DNA of 64,000 nucleotides from an uncultured bacterium (GCA_945831585.1 CAMACY010000004.1:2830-66829), one strand, 5' to 3'. Shown: positions 26,834 through 37,708, numbered from the stretch's first letter. The notes: generated from the letters alone by a model not told the origin. Made by a program: numbers and translations.

Positions 26834-29800
26834 TCAGAAGCTGTGGCGCACGCCGATGTGGCCGTCCACCGAGCGGTAGTCGTTGCGCAGCTCGTAGCTC
26901 ACGCCGCCGAAGCCGCTCCAGCTGTCCGTCACCGGCAGGTCGAGCCCCACGCTCAGCAGCCCGCCCACGCGGTCGCGGCTCGGACCGTTCTGCGTGAAAT
27001 CGTAGCCCGGCGCGCCGATGAAGTGCGCCTTGACCGAGGAACCCTGGTCGGCGGCATCCAGCGTCAGCATGACTTGCGCCGTCAGCACCGAGCTCTTGCG
27101 TGTGCGGCGGCTCAGCGCTCGGAACTCGTAGCTGTAGCGCGCGCCCAGACCCAGCACCGTGCTCCAGGCATCCTGGCGGTTCACGCTCAGCCCGGCATTG
27201 CCCATGCCCGTCTCCGTGTAGCTGTCCAGCCACGCGGCGGTGGAGTCGATGGTAAAGACCGGGGCTAGGGTGGCGCGATCCGACACGCGGAAGTTCACCG
27301 CCGCCTCGTAGGAGAGGTTGAGGCTCATGCCGGAGATGTCGCCCTTGGTGCCGCCCGCAAAGGGAGCCAGCCCGGCCACGCCCACGTTGCGCTTGTGCAT
27401 GAGCTCATGCACGCCCACACCCACGCTGAAGCTGTGCGCCCAGCGCCCCTTGTTCACGCGGCCGTAGAGGTCGAGGTAGTAGTTGTCGCCCGTGCTCTTC
27501 TGCGCGCCCGTGATGTTGATCTTGGAGTACTCGTAGCCGCAGGAGAGCCCCAGCAGCAGCTCGGGCGTCAGGCTGCGATCCACGCCCAGCATGGCGCCGT
27601 AGCCCTGGCGGCCGAAGGAGGGCACACCCTCGGCACCGCCGATGCGGGTGTAGCCCGCCGTCGGCGCAAACCACAGCTCGGTGGCGGGGATGGTGTGGTA
27701 GCGGCGGCAGCACTCGTCGCTGCCCTTGAGCTCGATGCGCGTGGCGCCGTTCTGCCCGGCCATCTGCCGCAGGTTGCGGGTGTGATCCAGCGCGCCCTCC
27801 AGCACGGAGCTCATCAGCGCGGTGTTGTTCACGCCGCCCAGCGAATCCAGCGCGGCCAGCGCCTGACCCTCGCTCGTGGTGTGCGCCAGCGCGGTGAGCA
27901 CCTGCGCCAGCTCACCCGTGGCGATGCCCGCGCGCTCGATGTCGCGCAGCGCATCGCTCACGCTCTGCTGGTTGCCGTTCTTGTCCGCGCCCTTGTGGTT
28001 CTTGCTCAGCACGAGGATGACATCACCGCCCTCGTTGACGGTGTGGGCGTTGCGCGTGTCCATATTGTGCTCGATGCGCAGACCGTAGTCACCGCTGACG
28101 ACGACGCCCGTCCCCTGAGCTTCCACAATCGTGTGGCGCGTCTGCTCGGCCACGGCACTCTCATCGCCCGCAAAGTGCAGCTTCAACGTGTCGGCGCTCA
28201 CATCCGCCGCGCCCACCGTCACCACCAGCTTGTCCGCGCCGGCATTCGTCACATCCAACAGCAGGTCGGCACCATGGGCGTCGTACTGCCCCACGGTCAG
28301 GGTGGCGATGTCGGACGATTCCGCCGCCGCACCCACATAGATGCGGCTGTCGGCAGCGCCCGTCACATCGCCCAGCGTTCCCGAGCCGTTCAAGGTGGTG
28401 CCCGTGCTCATGGTGACCGCCGAGGCGATACTGCCGTTGACCTCCAAGCGCCCCTCGTTCAGGGAGATGGCTGTGGCGAAGTTCGGCACGTTGCTGTTAA
28501 GAATCAGCGCGGAGGCACCCTGCTTGCTCAGAGTGGTGCCGGCAGCGCCGAGCAGCTGAGCCGCCGTCGTCCACGTCGTGTCCGAGAGCGTCTTAAGCGT
28601 GAGGTCAGCTTGTACGTCCAGAGTCGAGTCGTAGGAGACGGCCGCACCGCCCTCCGTACCCGTGATGAGTAGGCGCGTGCTGCCTGCACGAGTCATCCCC
28701 GACGCAATCACCAACGTTGCCGCGCTGCCGCCGAAAGCACCGCTCGCCTGCGCCGCCAGCGTCCCCTCGAGCAGAGCAATGGTGCCGCCGAAAGACGCGG
28801 CGTTGTCCGCCGTCAGCGTCAGGGTGCCTGCACCATCCTTGGTGAGCTCGTGCGCACCCGTGATGCTGCCCAGCTTCAGCGAGGCGTTCTCCTGCGTGGT
28901 GATGCTGCCGTCGGCATTGACCGCCAGCGTAGCGTCGCTCAAATCCTCCGCGACGTCGCCGAGCACCGAGATGCTGCGGACATCATCGCCCCCGCCCTCC
29001 AGCGTCAGCGTCTTGCCCGTGGCCGAGTTGCCGCCATTGAGCGAGAGCCTGCCCGCTTGCAGGGTGACGTTGCCGAGTTCGGTTTCTTGGGTACCCACCC
29101 CGCCATCCTGCGCCAGGGTGAGCTCCAAATCACGGAGATGACTGTTGGCAAGGAGGCTCACCCCACCGTTCATATCCAACTGACCACTCAGCGTAGCACC
29201 CAACACCCACGCCCGCTCGTTGGTCAGGCTGCTGCCCGCGGCCAGGCTGCCTGTGGTGCCGGACAAGGTCACCGTCACTCCCGTGGTCGGTGCGACATCA
29301 TGGCTCAGAACCAGCTTGGCGTTGTCCAGCTCGTCCGCCGCCAATACCACCTTGGCATTCGTACCGCTGATGCCCGTGGTGCCCGTGCCGTCGCCGAAGC
29401 TGTTGCCACCGGTCGAGCTCAGGGTGGTGCCTGCCGCCAGCACGGTGTTCTCCACGGTGTAGTTCTCGCCCGTGAGCTTCACCGAACCCGCATCCACCGT
29501 CAGCTTCGTGAGTGTTTTCTCATCCTCGGACTCGTTGCTCAGTGTCAGCTCGGCATCCCCGGTCTTGGTGATGCTGCCGTTGTTGACAACCCCGGCCAGC
29601 TCCAGATTCTCTCCGGTCTCCACCGTCAGCGTCTTGCTGTTCAGATTGATAGCCTTGCTCTGCGTGGTGGCCTGCGTGTTGTTGGCGAGCGTTTGGTCAT
29701 TCCCCAGCGTCAGCGTGCCCTCAGCGCCCAAGGCTTCATCCTCACCCAGCTCGATGCGATTCAACGCCGAGGCAATGTTGAGGTCAAACGCCTCGTTGTC

Positions 29801-32800
29801 GGAGTTGATCTTCATAGTTCCGCCGTTGAGGCGCACGGTCTCCGCAGGATTGTTCTGCGAGATCAGATCCTTTTTCACCAGATGGCCGTTGAGCTCCAGC
29901 GAACCCACGACGTTGATGGTGCCGTTGCTCGCGAAGACCAAATCCTTGTTCTGCTCATGCGTGCCGATGAACGTGACCATGGGATCCGCGGCATCGGTCG
30001 GAGTCAGCAGGGGGTTCGCCCCCTCCACCAAGCCGTAGCGGTCGAAGATGATGACCGAATCGAGGCTGTTATGCGCATCGACCCGCAGCTCACCATTGGC
30101 CTTAATCACCGCGCCTTGGGTCACGGAGAGCGAACCGGCCGGCTGATGCGCATCGTTCACGATGGTGACGACATCCGAGATGATCACGGCACCGCCCACG
30201 CTGTTGTTGCCGCCGAGCGTCAGGGTACCGCCGACCACGGTCAGATCGCCGCTAATGGTGCTGTTCGTCAGGCTCAGCGAGGTAGAACCGCTCGCCGCGT
30301 CCGCAGCATTCGTATTCGTGGTGGTGATGTCGCCCGTCAGCTCGATATTCGTCAGCGAGGCGCTGCCCGTGCCGTTGAGGGTGATATCGGCCGTCAGGGT
30401 CGACTGAGCGGTGCCCGTGCCCTCCAGCGTCAGTCCGCCCTCCACGCCGGTCGTGCCCAGCTTGCCCATGTCCGTGTTGCTCGTCAGAAGCAAGCTGCTA
30501 TCCGCCTCGATGCTGCTTTCCGCGAAGTTCACCGTGGCATTCTTCAGCACGTTGTCCTCACCGGTGACCTCCAGCAAATCGCCCGAGAGGGAGACGCCCG
30601 TGGCTCCCTCGACCGTCTTCACGTTACTCTCCAGCACCACGCCCGCACCGTCCAGCGTGGCATCGCTCGTCAGCGTGGTATTCGCCAGGCTCAGCGTGCC
30701 CTCGTCCTCATCCGCTTTCACCGTGCCGCTGATGCTGTTGAGATGTGTCGCATCGCCGCCCGTGATATCGATGTTCTTCGCCGTCAGCGTGCCCTCCACC
30801 GCCACGGTGGCCGTGCTGCCCGTGCTGCTGACATCGCCCGCGACCTCCAGCGTATCATGCGCGCCGATGCTCAGCGTGCCCGTGTTCTCCACGCTGTCGG
30901 CGGTCGTGGTGGTGGCGTTAGTCGAGGTTAGCGCCAGCGTGCCGCTGTTCGTCACCGCACCGAGCTCAGCCTGCGCACTGTCCGCCAGCGTCAGATTGCC
31001 CGTGATGGTCGTTTGATCGGCCAGGATGGTATCCTCCGTCAGCGTCACCTCGCTCGTCACCTTCAGCTCGTTGGCCGTGAAGGCATTGCTGCGCATCGCG
31101 AAAGCGCTGTCCGTGATACCCTCTCCGAGTTCGATGATGTCAGCATCCAGCCAGGCTCCGAGCAGCGTGGTGTTTGCCAGCGTTAGATCGTCCTCCGCTG
31201 TGACCTTGCCGCTGATTTCGTTGCCCGTGCCCGAGATGCTAATATCCTTGTCGCCCGTCAGCTCACCGGCCACGGTCAGGGTGCCCGTGCTGGTGACATT
31301 GCCGGAGGCGCTCAGGCTGCTGGTGGCATCCAGCGTCAGGGTGCCCGTGTTGGTGATGCCTGCGACCTCCAATTCCGACTGGTTTTCCAGCTCAAGCGTG
31401 CCCTCATTGGACACGTTGCCGAGATGCTGCCCCGTGACCTGATCCAGACTGATGCTCGCGGTCTCACCCGTCGTGATGGTCGACTGCGCTTTCAGGGTAG
31501 CCCGAGCGACCGCCAGCTGACCGCCACCCGAAGCTTCCAGATCCCCGAAGCTGCCGCCAACCAGCGCGAGTCCGCCGTCCTGCACCTCTACCCCGCGCAA
31601 ATCGTTATACTCATTCTGCAACAGCGCCATGCCCGTGCCCGTCTTGAGCAGCGAACCCGTCGACAGCACACCGCTCAACACCAATTCGGGTGCATCAGCC
31701 GCCAAGCCGGTCACGTCGCTCAGGGCGAGCGTCAGCGTCTTCCCCCGCAGGTCAATGTTATTGCCGAGTTCCACTTGCTCCGTGGCGCCCTCATTGGAAA
31801 GCGTTTGGCTCTTCATCAGACGGACACCGCCCGTGCCGAGTGCATGGTCTGCCTGCACCACGATTGTGTCCACGGAGGAGCTGATGTCGGCCGTCAGCCC
31901 GGTGTTGCTGTGGCTGAGCACGATAGCCGCATCATCCGCACCGACCAGGGTCAGCGAGGTGTTGTAGGCGGAGCTGATGGCGCCGCTGATGGTCAGCGTG
32001 CCGTCCACCTCGATGGTGCCGCTGCTCACCAGAGTGATCTTCTGCTCCTGCGTGTGCGTGCCGATAAACGTCGCCTTGGCACCGTTGCCGTTGAAGCTGA
32101 TGGCCGAATCCAGATCATTCTCCACGATGAGATGACCGTAGTCATCGATTTCCGTCACATCGGTCACCGTCAGCGAGCCGGTACCATTGTTGTTCACGGT
32201 GACGGTGTCGCTGATGAAAAGCGAGCCGCCGACCGTGTTGGCTCCGCTAAGTTGCAGCGTGCCGCCAATCACGGTCAGGTCGCCGCTGATGTCGGTGTTC
32301 GTCAGGCTCAGCGAGGTGGAGTTCGTGTCGGCGCGGTTGGTGGTGCTGATGCTGCCCATCAACTCGATGTTCGTCAGCGAGGCGCTGCCCGTGCCGTTGA
32401 GCGTGATGTCAGCCGTGAGGGTCGACTTGCCGGTGCCCGTGCCCTCCAGCGTCAGCGTGCCGTCCACGTCGGTCGTGCCCAGCTTGCCCATGTTCGCGTT
32501 GCTCGTCAGCCCCAGGCTCTTGCCTGCGGCGATATCGGTGGCGGCAGCATTCACGGTGTCACCCGTCAGCTCAATGTAGCTGTCAATGGTCAGCTTGGTC
32601 GTGGCGATGATGTTGTTGTCGCCGCTGTCGGTGATGCCGTCGCCCAGCACCAGCTCCTCGGCACTCAGCGTGCCGCCCAGATTGGTGTTGCTCAGCTCGA
32701 GGCTGTCGGCGCTCAGCGTGCCGCTGATGCTGCTGCCCGCGCCGCTGATGACCGCGTTGCCCGCAACCTCCAGCGTATCGTACTCGCCGATGGTCACCTT

Positions 32801-35800
32801 GCCCGTGCTCGCCACGCTGTCGGCTTCCGTGGTGGTGTCCGTGGTCGAGGCCAGCGCCAGCGAGCCCTCGTTCGTTACAGCGCCGAGGGACACCGTTCCG
32901 CCCTGAAGGCTCAGGCTCTTGCCTGCGACGATGTCGGTGGCGGCGGCATTCACGCTGTCATCCGTCAGCGTGGTGGAACCGTCAATGGTCAGCTTGGTCG
33001 TGGCGGTGATGTTGTTGTCGCCGTTGTCGGTGATACCGGCGCCCAGCACCAGCTCCTCGGCGCTCAGCGTACCGCCCAGATTGGTGTTACTCAACGCGAG
33101 GATGTCGGCGCTCAGCGTGCCGTTGATGCTGCTGCCCGTGCCGCTGATGACCGCATTGCCCGCAACCTCCAGCGTATCGTACTCGCCGATGGTCACCTTG
33201 CCCGTGCTCGCCACGCTGTCGGCTTCCGTGGTGGTGTCCGTGGTCGAGGCCAGCGCCAGCGTGCCGCTGTTCGTCACTGAGCCGAGGGAAGCGGAGCGGT
33301 TGTCGGCGAGGGTCAGGCTCTTGCCAGCGGCGATGCTTGTCTGCGTGAGGCTCAGATCCCCGCTCAGTGTCAGGGCATCCGCAGCGACCGCCAGTTGCGC
33401 GCCGGAGATGCGACCGCTGAGGGTGCCCGTGCCCGCAGTCGTCAGGGTGCCGATGATGGCTATGTTCTTGGCTTCATCGCCTGCCAGGGTCAGGGTGCTA
33501 TTGCCCTGCAGCTCCAGAGTGCCGGCACGGCCAAGGACATTGCTCTCCTCCGTCTTCAGGTTCACACTGTCCGCCAGCGTGATGTTCCCCGTGTGGGTGC
33601 CGACAGCCGCCAGCGTCAGGGTCTTATTGGTGCCCTCCACCCGCAGCGTGCCGTTGCCCGCGAGGGACTGAATCGTGATGTCTTTCTCCAGCACGATGGT
33701 GCCGCCGGCGTTGAGCGCCTGCACGGTCATGGCGCTGCCGTCGGCGATGTCCGTGCCGACATCGCTCTTGACCGCCAGGGTGCCGCCGCCCAGCGTCAGC
33801 GTGCCGACCAGCTTACCCTCCAGGTCGAGGCTCGCGCCCGCGCTGTTCAGTGCAATATCGCCCGTGGTGGTGCCGCGCAAATCCACGCCGCCGTTCAGCA
33901 CGCTCAGCTGAGTGAACGAGACCTCCCCGCCCAAATCCACGGCGGGGTCCGTTCCGCTGTCCGTGCGGATGGAACCGACCAGCACCCGATACCCCTCCAG
34001 GACGGCACTGTTGAGCACCAAGCGCGAATCCCCGTTGACGTTGATGAGCTCCGGATCCGAGGTCGCAGTGGCGAGCTTCAAATCCTTCATGAGCAGGTCG
34101 GAATTGCTCAGGTTGATATCCGTGGTCACCAGGACATCCTCCACACCCGCCTTGCCTGTCAGGGTCAGCTTGCTGCTCGAGAGGTTTACCTCGCCCAGCG
34201 AGCCGAGCGCGGTGGATGCCGTGGCGTTCGTGATGCTCAGCTCCGAGCCGTTCTCCATCGTCAGGCCGTGGCTGAGCTGCACCTCGCTGTACGTCCCGGT
34301 GGTCAGCTCCTGAAGCTTGATCTCAGCTTTACCCTCGTGGATGTAGAGCTCGTGGGCGGTAACCCCGCTCAGTCGGACGGTCTGACTACCCGAAATCTCC
34401 ATATCCTGCGTATCGGGGGAGACCAGCACGATGTTGCCGAGCAAGGCACCGGCGGAAGCCAGTGCGTTCGCGGAGATACGCACGCTGCCGTTCAGATTCA
34501 TCGTAGCGTCCTTCCCGATGCTCAACTTGTCCAGCACATCGTCCGTGATGTCCAGATCGCCCTCGGTGTTCAGCACGGAGGAGTCCTCCAGCTTGATTTG
34601 GTCGAAAGCCGCCAGCAGCGCATTGATGTCGTGGTCTTCTACCCTCAGCTCCGCCGTGTCGCCCAGCGTGAGGGAACCCACCCCATCCGTGGTAGTCAGC
34701 GTGGTGATGGTCACCTGCGTGGTGCCGTTCACTGTGAGCGAGGCATCGCCGAGCTTCAGCGCGCTCAGCGTGTTCAGCGGGGTATTCGCAAACCCCACCG
34801 AATTCAGCGTCAGGTCGTGACTCTTCGTATCGATCGTGGCGGCGGTGGTACGGCCGTTCAGGGTCGTATCCTGCTCCAGCTCGATGGTGTCGGTGTTGAT
34901 GGTCGCCTTCACCACGCCATCGCTCGTGTTGAGCACCACCTTGCCGGACCAGGCGTTCAGCGTCGCCCCGTCGACATCCGCACTACCCTTGATGGTCAGG
35001 ATCTTGCCCGCATCAACGCTCACCTCGCCCATCAGGCTGGTGCCCGTAGTGCCCTCGATGATCAAATTGCCATGCGCCTGAAGTGTGGCTCCGGTGTCCA
35101 CCGTCAGTATGCTCTTAACCGTGACCTCAGAGGGTTCGCCTGACTTCTGCCTCAACGCGCCCCGGATGGTCAGGGTATCGGTAGCATCATCGCTCATCCG
35201 GGTGAACTGAGCCTGGGCACCTGTGCCAATGACCAACGAATCTGCGGTTCCCGGAGTTGTTTCGAGAGTGCCCAACACATGTGTTCTCCCACCGCTAATT
35301 GTCAGACTACCCGGGGTGTCGCTAGCCCCCAGCAAGGTACCGAAGACCGTGATGGTGGAGGTCCCGCTCACCGTGCGATTACCGGTGACCACAAGCCCCC
35401 CGGCCGACAGCTCGACATCCGTCAATGTTGCCGGGGAACCGCTCTGCGCAATGCTCGGGTCATCTTTCAGAAAAATCTTGCCGTCCGAGGCGGTGGCGGA
35501 GAGCCTCGCTTTCGTTGCCGCACCGAACAGCGTGAGGTAGGACGCCTGGACGGTATTGCTTCCGGAGGCAGTGCCCTCAACGCTCCCCAGCGTGAGCATA
35601 GCGCCGGAGATACTCAGTCCCGCCGCATTGGTGAGAGTCAGCTTCTTGACCGCCGAGAGGGCACTCGCCTGCAGATTCGCTTGCAGCGTAAGCGTTCCCG
35701 ACCCGAAGTCCAGGACATTGACGGAGCAGGCGCCGCTGCTGCCAATCGTGAGGCTCCCCGATCCGGCAATCCGGGTTGCCCCGTTGAGCGTCTCGATTCC

Positions 35801-36418
35801 TTGATTGAGCGTCAGGTTGGCGTTTTCGCCGACGGTGAACATGTGGTCTCCCGATCCGGAGAAGGAGACTTTCTCCAGCGTCGTGCTTAGCTCCTGCGTG
35901 GGCGAAAACGTCACATTGGTACCGACGCTCACATCAAAAGGAGAACCGTCGCCGTCGACACTACCGGTCAGCGTGAAGCTCCCCCCGGCAACGAGATGAG
36001 AAGATCCGTGCACTCGCGTCACCGTGCCTGCAATCGTCAAATCGCCGTTGGTTTGGAACGTGGCGCCACCCCCAAATGTTTCATCACCCAGTTGAAGCGT
36101 ACCCTGCAAGGTAACGGCATCGACATATCCGCTCGCCTGCGCCAAGGTACTGTTAACGCCAAGGATAATCTTGCTGTCCGCATCCGTGCGGATGGTGGTG
36201 ATATAGGTATGCGCCCCCGTAACAGAAAGCACTTTGCCAGCCCCCGTCAGGTCGATGTTGAGTACATCCGCTTGCGCCTGCGGGACGAGTGCAAGCGCAG
36301 CAGCGCTGAGGGTGAGGGTGGCGATGGTGGTCGCCGCCGGGGTGGCGGTCAGGGGGCTGAGCAGCGCCAGCACCGAGAGCAAGGCCTTACGCAGGCCTCT
36401 GGGTAAATGCAGTTTCAT
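26834..36418 (-). CDS. Giant autotransporter (type Va), 3194 aa, repetitive beta-helical passenger
   Basis: MKLHLPRGLRKALL extended signal, T/G/L/S-rich passenger, autotransporter-associated repeats (LTKDGAGTLTL, ITKTGDAELTL), C-terminal beta-barrel ending in HIGVRHSF. Confidence 0.92.
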   Translation of the reverse strand: MKLHLPRGLRKALLSVLALLSPLTATPAATTIATLTLSAAALALVPQAQADVLNIDLTGAGKVLSVTGAHTYITTIRTDADSKIILGVNSTLAQASGYVDAVTLQGTLQLGDETFGGGATFQTNGDLTIAGTVTRVHGSSHLVAGGSFTLTGSVDGDGSPFDVSVGTNVTFSPTQELSTTLEKVSFSGSGDHMFTVGENANLTLNQGIETLNGATRIAGSGSLTIGSSGACSVNVLDFGSGTLTLQANLQASALSAVKKLTLTNAAGLSISGAMLTLGSVEGTASGSNTVQASYLTLFGAATKARLSATASDGKIFLKDDPSIAQSGSPATLTDVELSAGGLVVTGNRTVSGTSTITVFGTLLGASDTPGSLTISGGRTHVLGTLETTPGTADSLVIGTGAQAQFTRMSDDATDTLTIRGALRQKSGEPSEVTVKSILTVDTGATLQAHGNLIIEGTTGTSLMGEVSVDAGKILTIKGSADVDGATLNAWSGKVVLNTSDGVVKATINTDTIELEQDTTLNGRTTAATIDTKSHDLTLNSVGFANTPLNTLSALKLGDASLTVNGTTQVTITTLTTTDGVGSLTLGDTAELRVEDHDINALLAAFDQIKLEDSSVLNTEGDLDITDDVLDKLSIGKDATMNLNGSVRISANALASAGALLGNIVLVSPDTQDMEISGSQTVRLSGVTAHELYIHEGKAEIKLQELTTGTYSEVQLSHGLTMENGSELSITNATASTALGSLGEVNLSSSKLTLTGKAGVEDVLVTTDINLSNSDLLMKDLKLATATSDPELINVNGDSRLVLNSAVLEGYRVLVGSIRTDSGTDPAVDLGGEVSFTQLSVLNGGVDLRGTTTGDIALNSAGASLDLEGKLVGTLTLGGGTLAVKSDVGTDIADGSAMTVQALNAGGTIVLEKDITIQSLAGNGTLRVEGTNKTLTLAAVGTHTGNITLADSVNLKTEESNVLGRAGTLELQGNSTLTLAGDEAKNIAIIGTLTTAGTGTLSGRISGAQLAVAADALTLSGDLSLTQTSIAAGKSLTLADNRSASLGSVTNSGTLALASTTDTTTEADSVASTGKVTIGEYDTLEVAGNAVISGTGSSINGTLSADILALSNTNLGGTLSAEELVLGAGITDNGDNNITATTKLTIDGSTTLTDDSVNAAATDIVAGKSLSLQGGTVSLGAVTNEGSLALASTTDTTTEADSVASTGKVTIGEYDTLEVAGNAVISGAGSSISGTLSADSLELSNTNLGGTLSAEELVLGDGITDSGDNNIIATTKLTIDSYIELTGDTVNAAATDIAAGKSLGLTSNANMGKLGTTDVDGTLTLEGTGTGKSTLTADITLNGTGSASLTNIELMGSISTTNRADTNSTSLSLTNTDISGDLTVIGGTLQLSGANTVGGSLFISDTVTVNNNGTGSLTVTDVTEIDDYGHLIVENDLDSAISFNGNGAKATFIGTHTQEQKITLVSSGTIEVDGTLTISGAISSAYNTSLTLVGADDAAIVLSHSNTGLTADISSSVDTIVVQADHALGTGGVRLMKSQTLSNEGATEQVELGNNIDLRGKTLTLALSDVTGLAADAPELVLSGVLSTGSLLKTGTGMALLQNEYNDLRGVEVQDGGLALVGGSFGDLEASGGGQLAVARATLKAQSTITTGETASISLDQVTGQHLGNVSNEGTLELENQSELEVAGITNTGTLTLDATSSLSASGNVTSTGTLTVAGELTGDKDISISGTGNEISGKVTAEDDLTLANTTLLGAWLDADIIELGEGITDSAFAMRSNAFTANELKVTSEVTLTEDTILADQTTITGNLTLADSAQAELGAVTNSGTLALTSTNATTTTADSVENTGTLSIGAHDTLEVAGDVSSTGSTATVAVEGTLTAKNIDITGGDATHLNSISGTVKADEDEGTLSLANTTLTSDATLDGAGVVLESNVKTVEGATGVSLSGDLLEVTGEDNVLKNATVNFAESSIEADSSLLLTSNTDMGKLGTTGVEGGLTLEGTGTAQSTLTADITLNGTGSASLTNIELTGDITTTNTNAADAASGSTSLSLTNSTISGDLTVVGGTLTLGGNNSVGGAVIISDVVTIVNDAHQPAGSLSVTQGAVIKANGELRVDAHNSLDSVIIFDRYGLVEGANPLLTPTDAADPMVTFIGTHEQNKDLVFASNGTINVVGSLELNGHLVKKDLISQNNPAETVRLNGGTMKINSDNEAFDLNIASALNRIELGEDEALGAEGTLTLGNDQTLANNTQATTQSKAINLNSKTLTVETGENLELAGVVNNGSITKTGDAELTLSNESEDEKTLTKLTVDAGSVKLTGENYTVENTVLAAGTTLSSTGGNSFGDGTGTTGISGTNAKVVLAADELDNAKLVLSHDVAPTTGVTVTLSGTTGSLAAGSSLTNERAWVLGATLSGQLDMNGGVSLLANSHLRDLELTLAQDGGVGTQETELGNVTLQAGRLSLNGGNSATGKTLTLEGGGDDVRSISVLGDVAEDLSDATLAVNADGSITTQENASLKLGSITGAHELTKDGAGTLTLTADNAASFGGTIALLEGTLAAQASGAFGGSAATLVIASGMTRAGSTRLLITGTEGGAAVSYDSTLDVQADLTLKTLSDTTWTTAAQLLGAAGTTLSKQGASALILNSNVPNFATAISLNEGRLEVNGSIASAVTMSTGTTLNGSGTLGDVTGAADSRIYVGAAAESSDIATLTVGQYDAHGADLLLDVTNAGADKLVVTVGAADVSADTLKLHFAGDESAVAEQTRHTIVEAQGTGVVVSGDYGLRIEHNMDTRNAHTVNEGGDVILVLSKNHKGADKNGNQQSVSDALRDIERAGIATGELAQVLTALAHTTSEGQALAALDSLGGVNNTALMSSVLEGALDHTRNLRQMAGQNGATRIELKGSDECCRRYHTIPATELWFAPTAGYTRIGGAEGVPSFGRQGYGAMLGVDRSLTPELLLGLSCGYEYSKINITGAQKSTGDNYYLDLYGRVNKGRWAHSFSVGVGVHELMHKRNVGVAGLAPFAGGTKGDISGMSLNLSYEAAVNFRVSDRATLAPVFTIDSTAAWLDSYTETGMGNAGLSVNRQDAWSTVLGLGARYSYEFRALSRRTRKSSVLTAQVMLTLDAADQGSSVKAHFIGAPGYDFTQNGPSRDRVGGLLSVGLDLPVTDSWSGFGGVSYELRNDYRSVDGHIGVRHSF
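32520..33300 (-). repeat. Tandem 399-bp (133-aa) near-identical repeat inside the autotransporter passenger
   Basis: ccgcaacctccagcgtatcgtactcgccgatgg... at 32761 and 33160; a diverged third copy near 30840-30960; another block is repeated at about 30240-30500 and 32280-32520. Confidence 0.9.
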
Positions 36419-36472
36419 GGTAAAAAAAGGCTAGAGACATCACCGGGACACAGCACACCCCGGCGAAGCAGC

Positions 36473-36501
36473 ATTGTGAGACTCGAACAGGCAATTGTCA
36501 A
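36473..36501 (-). promoter_or_regulatory. Sigma70-type promoter of the autotransporter
   Basis: TTGACA-17-CACAAT on the minus strand. Confidence 0.6.
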
Positions 36502-36828
36502 TCCTGAATCGTGCACAGCATCGACATGATTGACAGTTTGGCGATTTCGAAACAATACCTAGAAAATTCGCCTAAAATACAAAAATGTTATTCATCTTAA
36601 CACAAATAAATTAAATCAGAAAGAAAGATCAAGAAACAATTTTCCACGTCAATGAACATATCATTTGAAAATCATGTTGCCGGAGCTTTCGCCTCTCTCA
36701 CAAGCATCACCGCCCTAGCCTTGTTCCGCCGTCGCCCTGCCTTATCCCTTCCTACCTAAAAAATACAAACCAAGGAGCAGCATCCTCAAACGTGAGGGAT
36801 CTATTGACGATGCAGCGGCGCCCCGCTC

Positions 36829-36875
36829 AAAAAAACAGCCGCGCGCGATCGGGACGACCGCGCGCGGGGCTTTTT
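36829..36875 (-). terminator. Terminator downstream of thi4 (bidirectional form)
   Basis: A-tract, agccgcgcgcg...cgcgcggggct, T-tract. Confidence 0.6.
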
Positions 36876-36895
36876 CGAGAATACAGGAGGCGGCT

Positions 36896-37675
36896 TCAAG
36901 AGCGCTGCGCCTCGATGGCGGCGGCCATGAGCGCAGCCGCTTTTTTGCCGCTCAGGAGCATGCCGCCGAAGATGGGACCCATGCGGAAGCTGCCCGACAC
37001 GCCGTTGGCGGCCATGCCGGAGACGAAGAGCCCGGGGTAGATTTCCTTGGTGTTGTCGATGGTGGTGCGCTCGCCCTCGGCGGCGTCCATGCTCATCTCG
37101 CCGATGACGCCGCCCGTGGGGGTGTTGAGGGTCACGCCGTTTTTACGCGCCACGGTTTTGGCGATTTCGCAGTCGTGCCCCGTGGCATCCAGCACGGTGG
37201 CGGCGGCCAGCGTCAGGGGGTCGACGTGCAGCCCCTCGCGCAGGACGGGGGTCCAGTTGACGACCACGCCGCCCACACGCCCCTGCTTGTAGACGACATC
37301 CTCCACGGAGTAACAGTTGAAGATGGTGGCACCCGCCTCTGTGGCGCGGTAGAGCAGCCCGGCGGTGGCGTGCACGGAGTCGACGATGTGCGTCCCCTCG
37401 CGGTAGGGCTTGTGGCGCAAGCCGAGTTCCTCGATGATGGGTAGCGCCTCGTCCTGAACCACGATGTCGTTGAACATCATCGCGCCGCCCCACATGCCGC
37501 CGCCGGGGGAGAGTTTGCGGTCGAAGAGCGCCACGCGGTAGCCCTGCTTGGCCAGGTAGTAGGCGCAGACGATGCCGCTGGGGCCGCCGCCCACGATGGC
37601 GGCATCCAGATGCAGGCAGGCGGTGAGCTTGCCGAAGTACGAGTCGATGATTCCTTGGGAGATGAGGGTTTCCAT
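36896..37675 (-). CDS. thi4: Thi4/THI4-family thiazole synthase, non-Cys (His) sulfide-dependent type
   Basis: IVGGGPSG, DRKLSPGGGMWGG, GLHVDPL, DATGHD, RMGPIFGGMLLSG. Confidence 0.9.
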   Translation of the reverse strand: METLISQGIIDSYFGKLTACLHLDAAIVGGGPSGIVCAYYLAKQGYRVALFDRKLSPGGGMWGGAMMFNDIVVQDEALPIIEELGLRHKPYREGTHIVDSVHATAGLLYRATEAGATIFNCYSVEDVVYKQGRVGGVVVNWTPVLREGLHVDPLTLAAATVLDATGHDCEIAKTVARKNGVTLNTPTGGVIGEMSMDAAEGERTTIDNTKEIYPGLFVSGMAANGVSGSFRMGPIFGGMLLSGKKAAALMAAAIEAQRS

Positions 37676-37708
37676 GGCGTTAAATCATATTTTTTCGATG
37701 GGAGTTTG

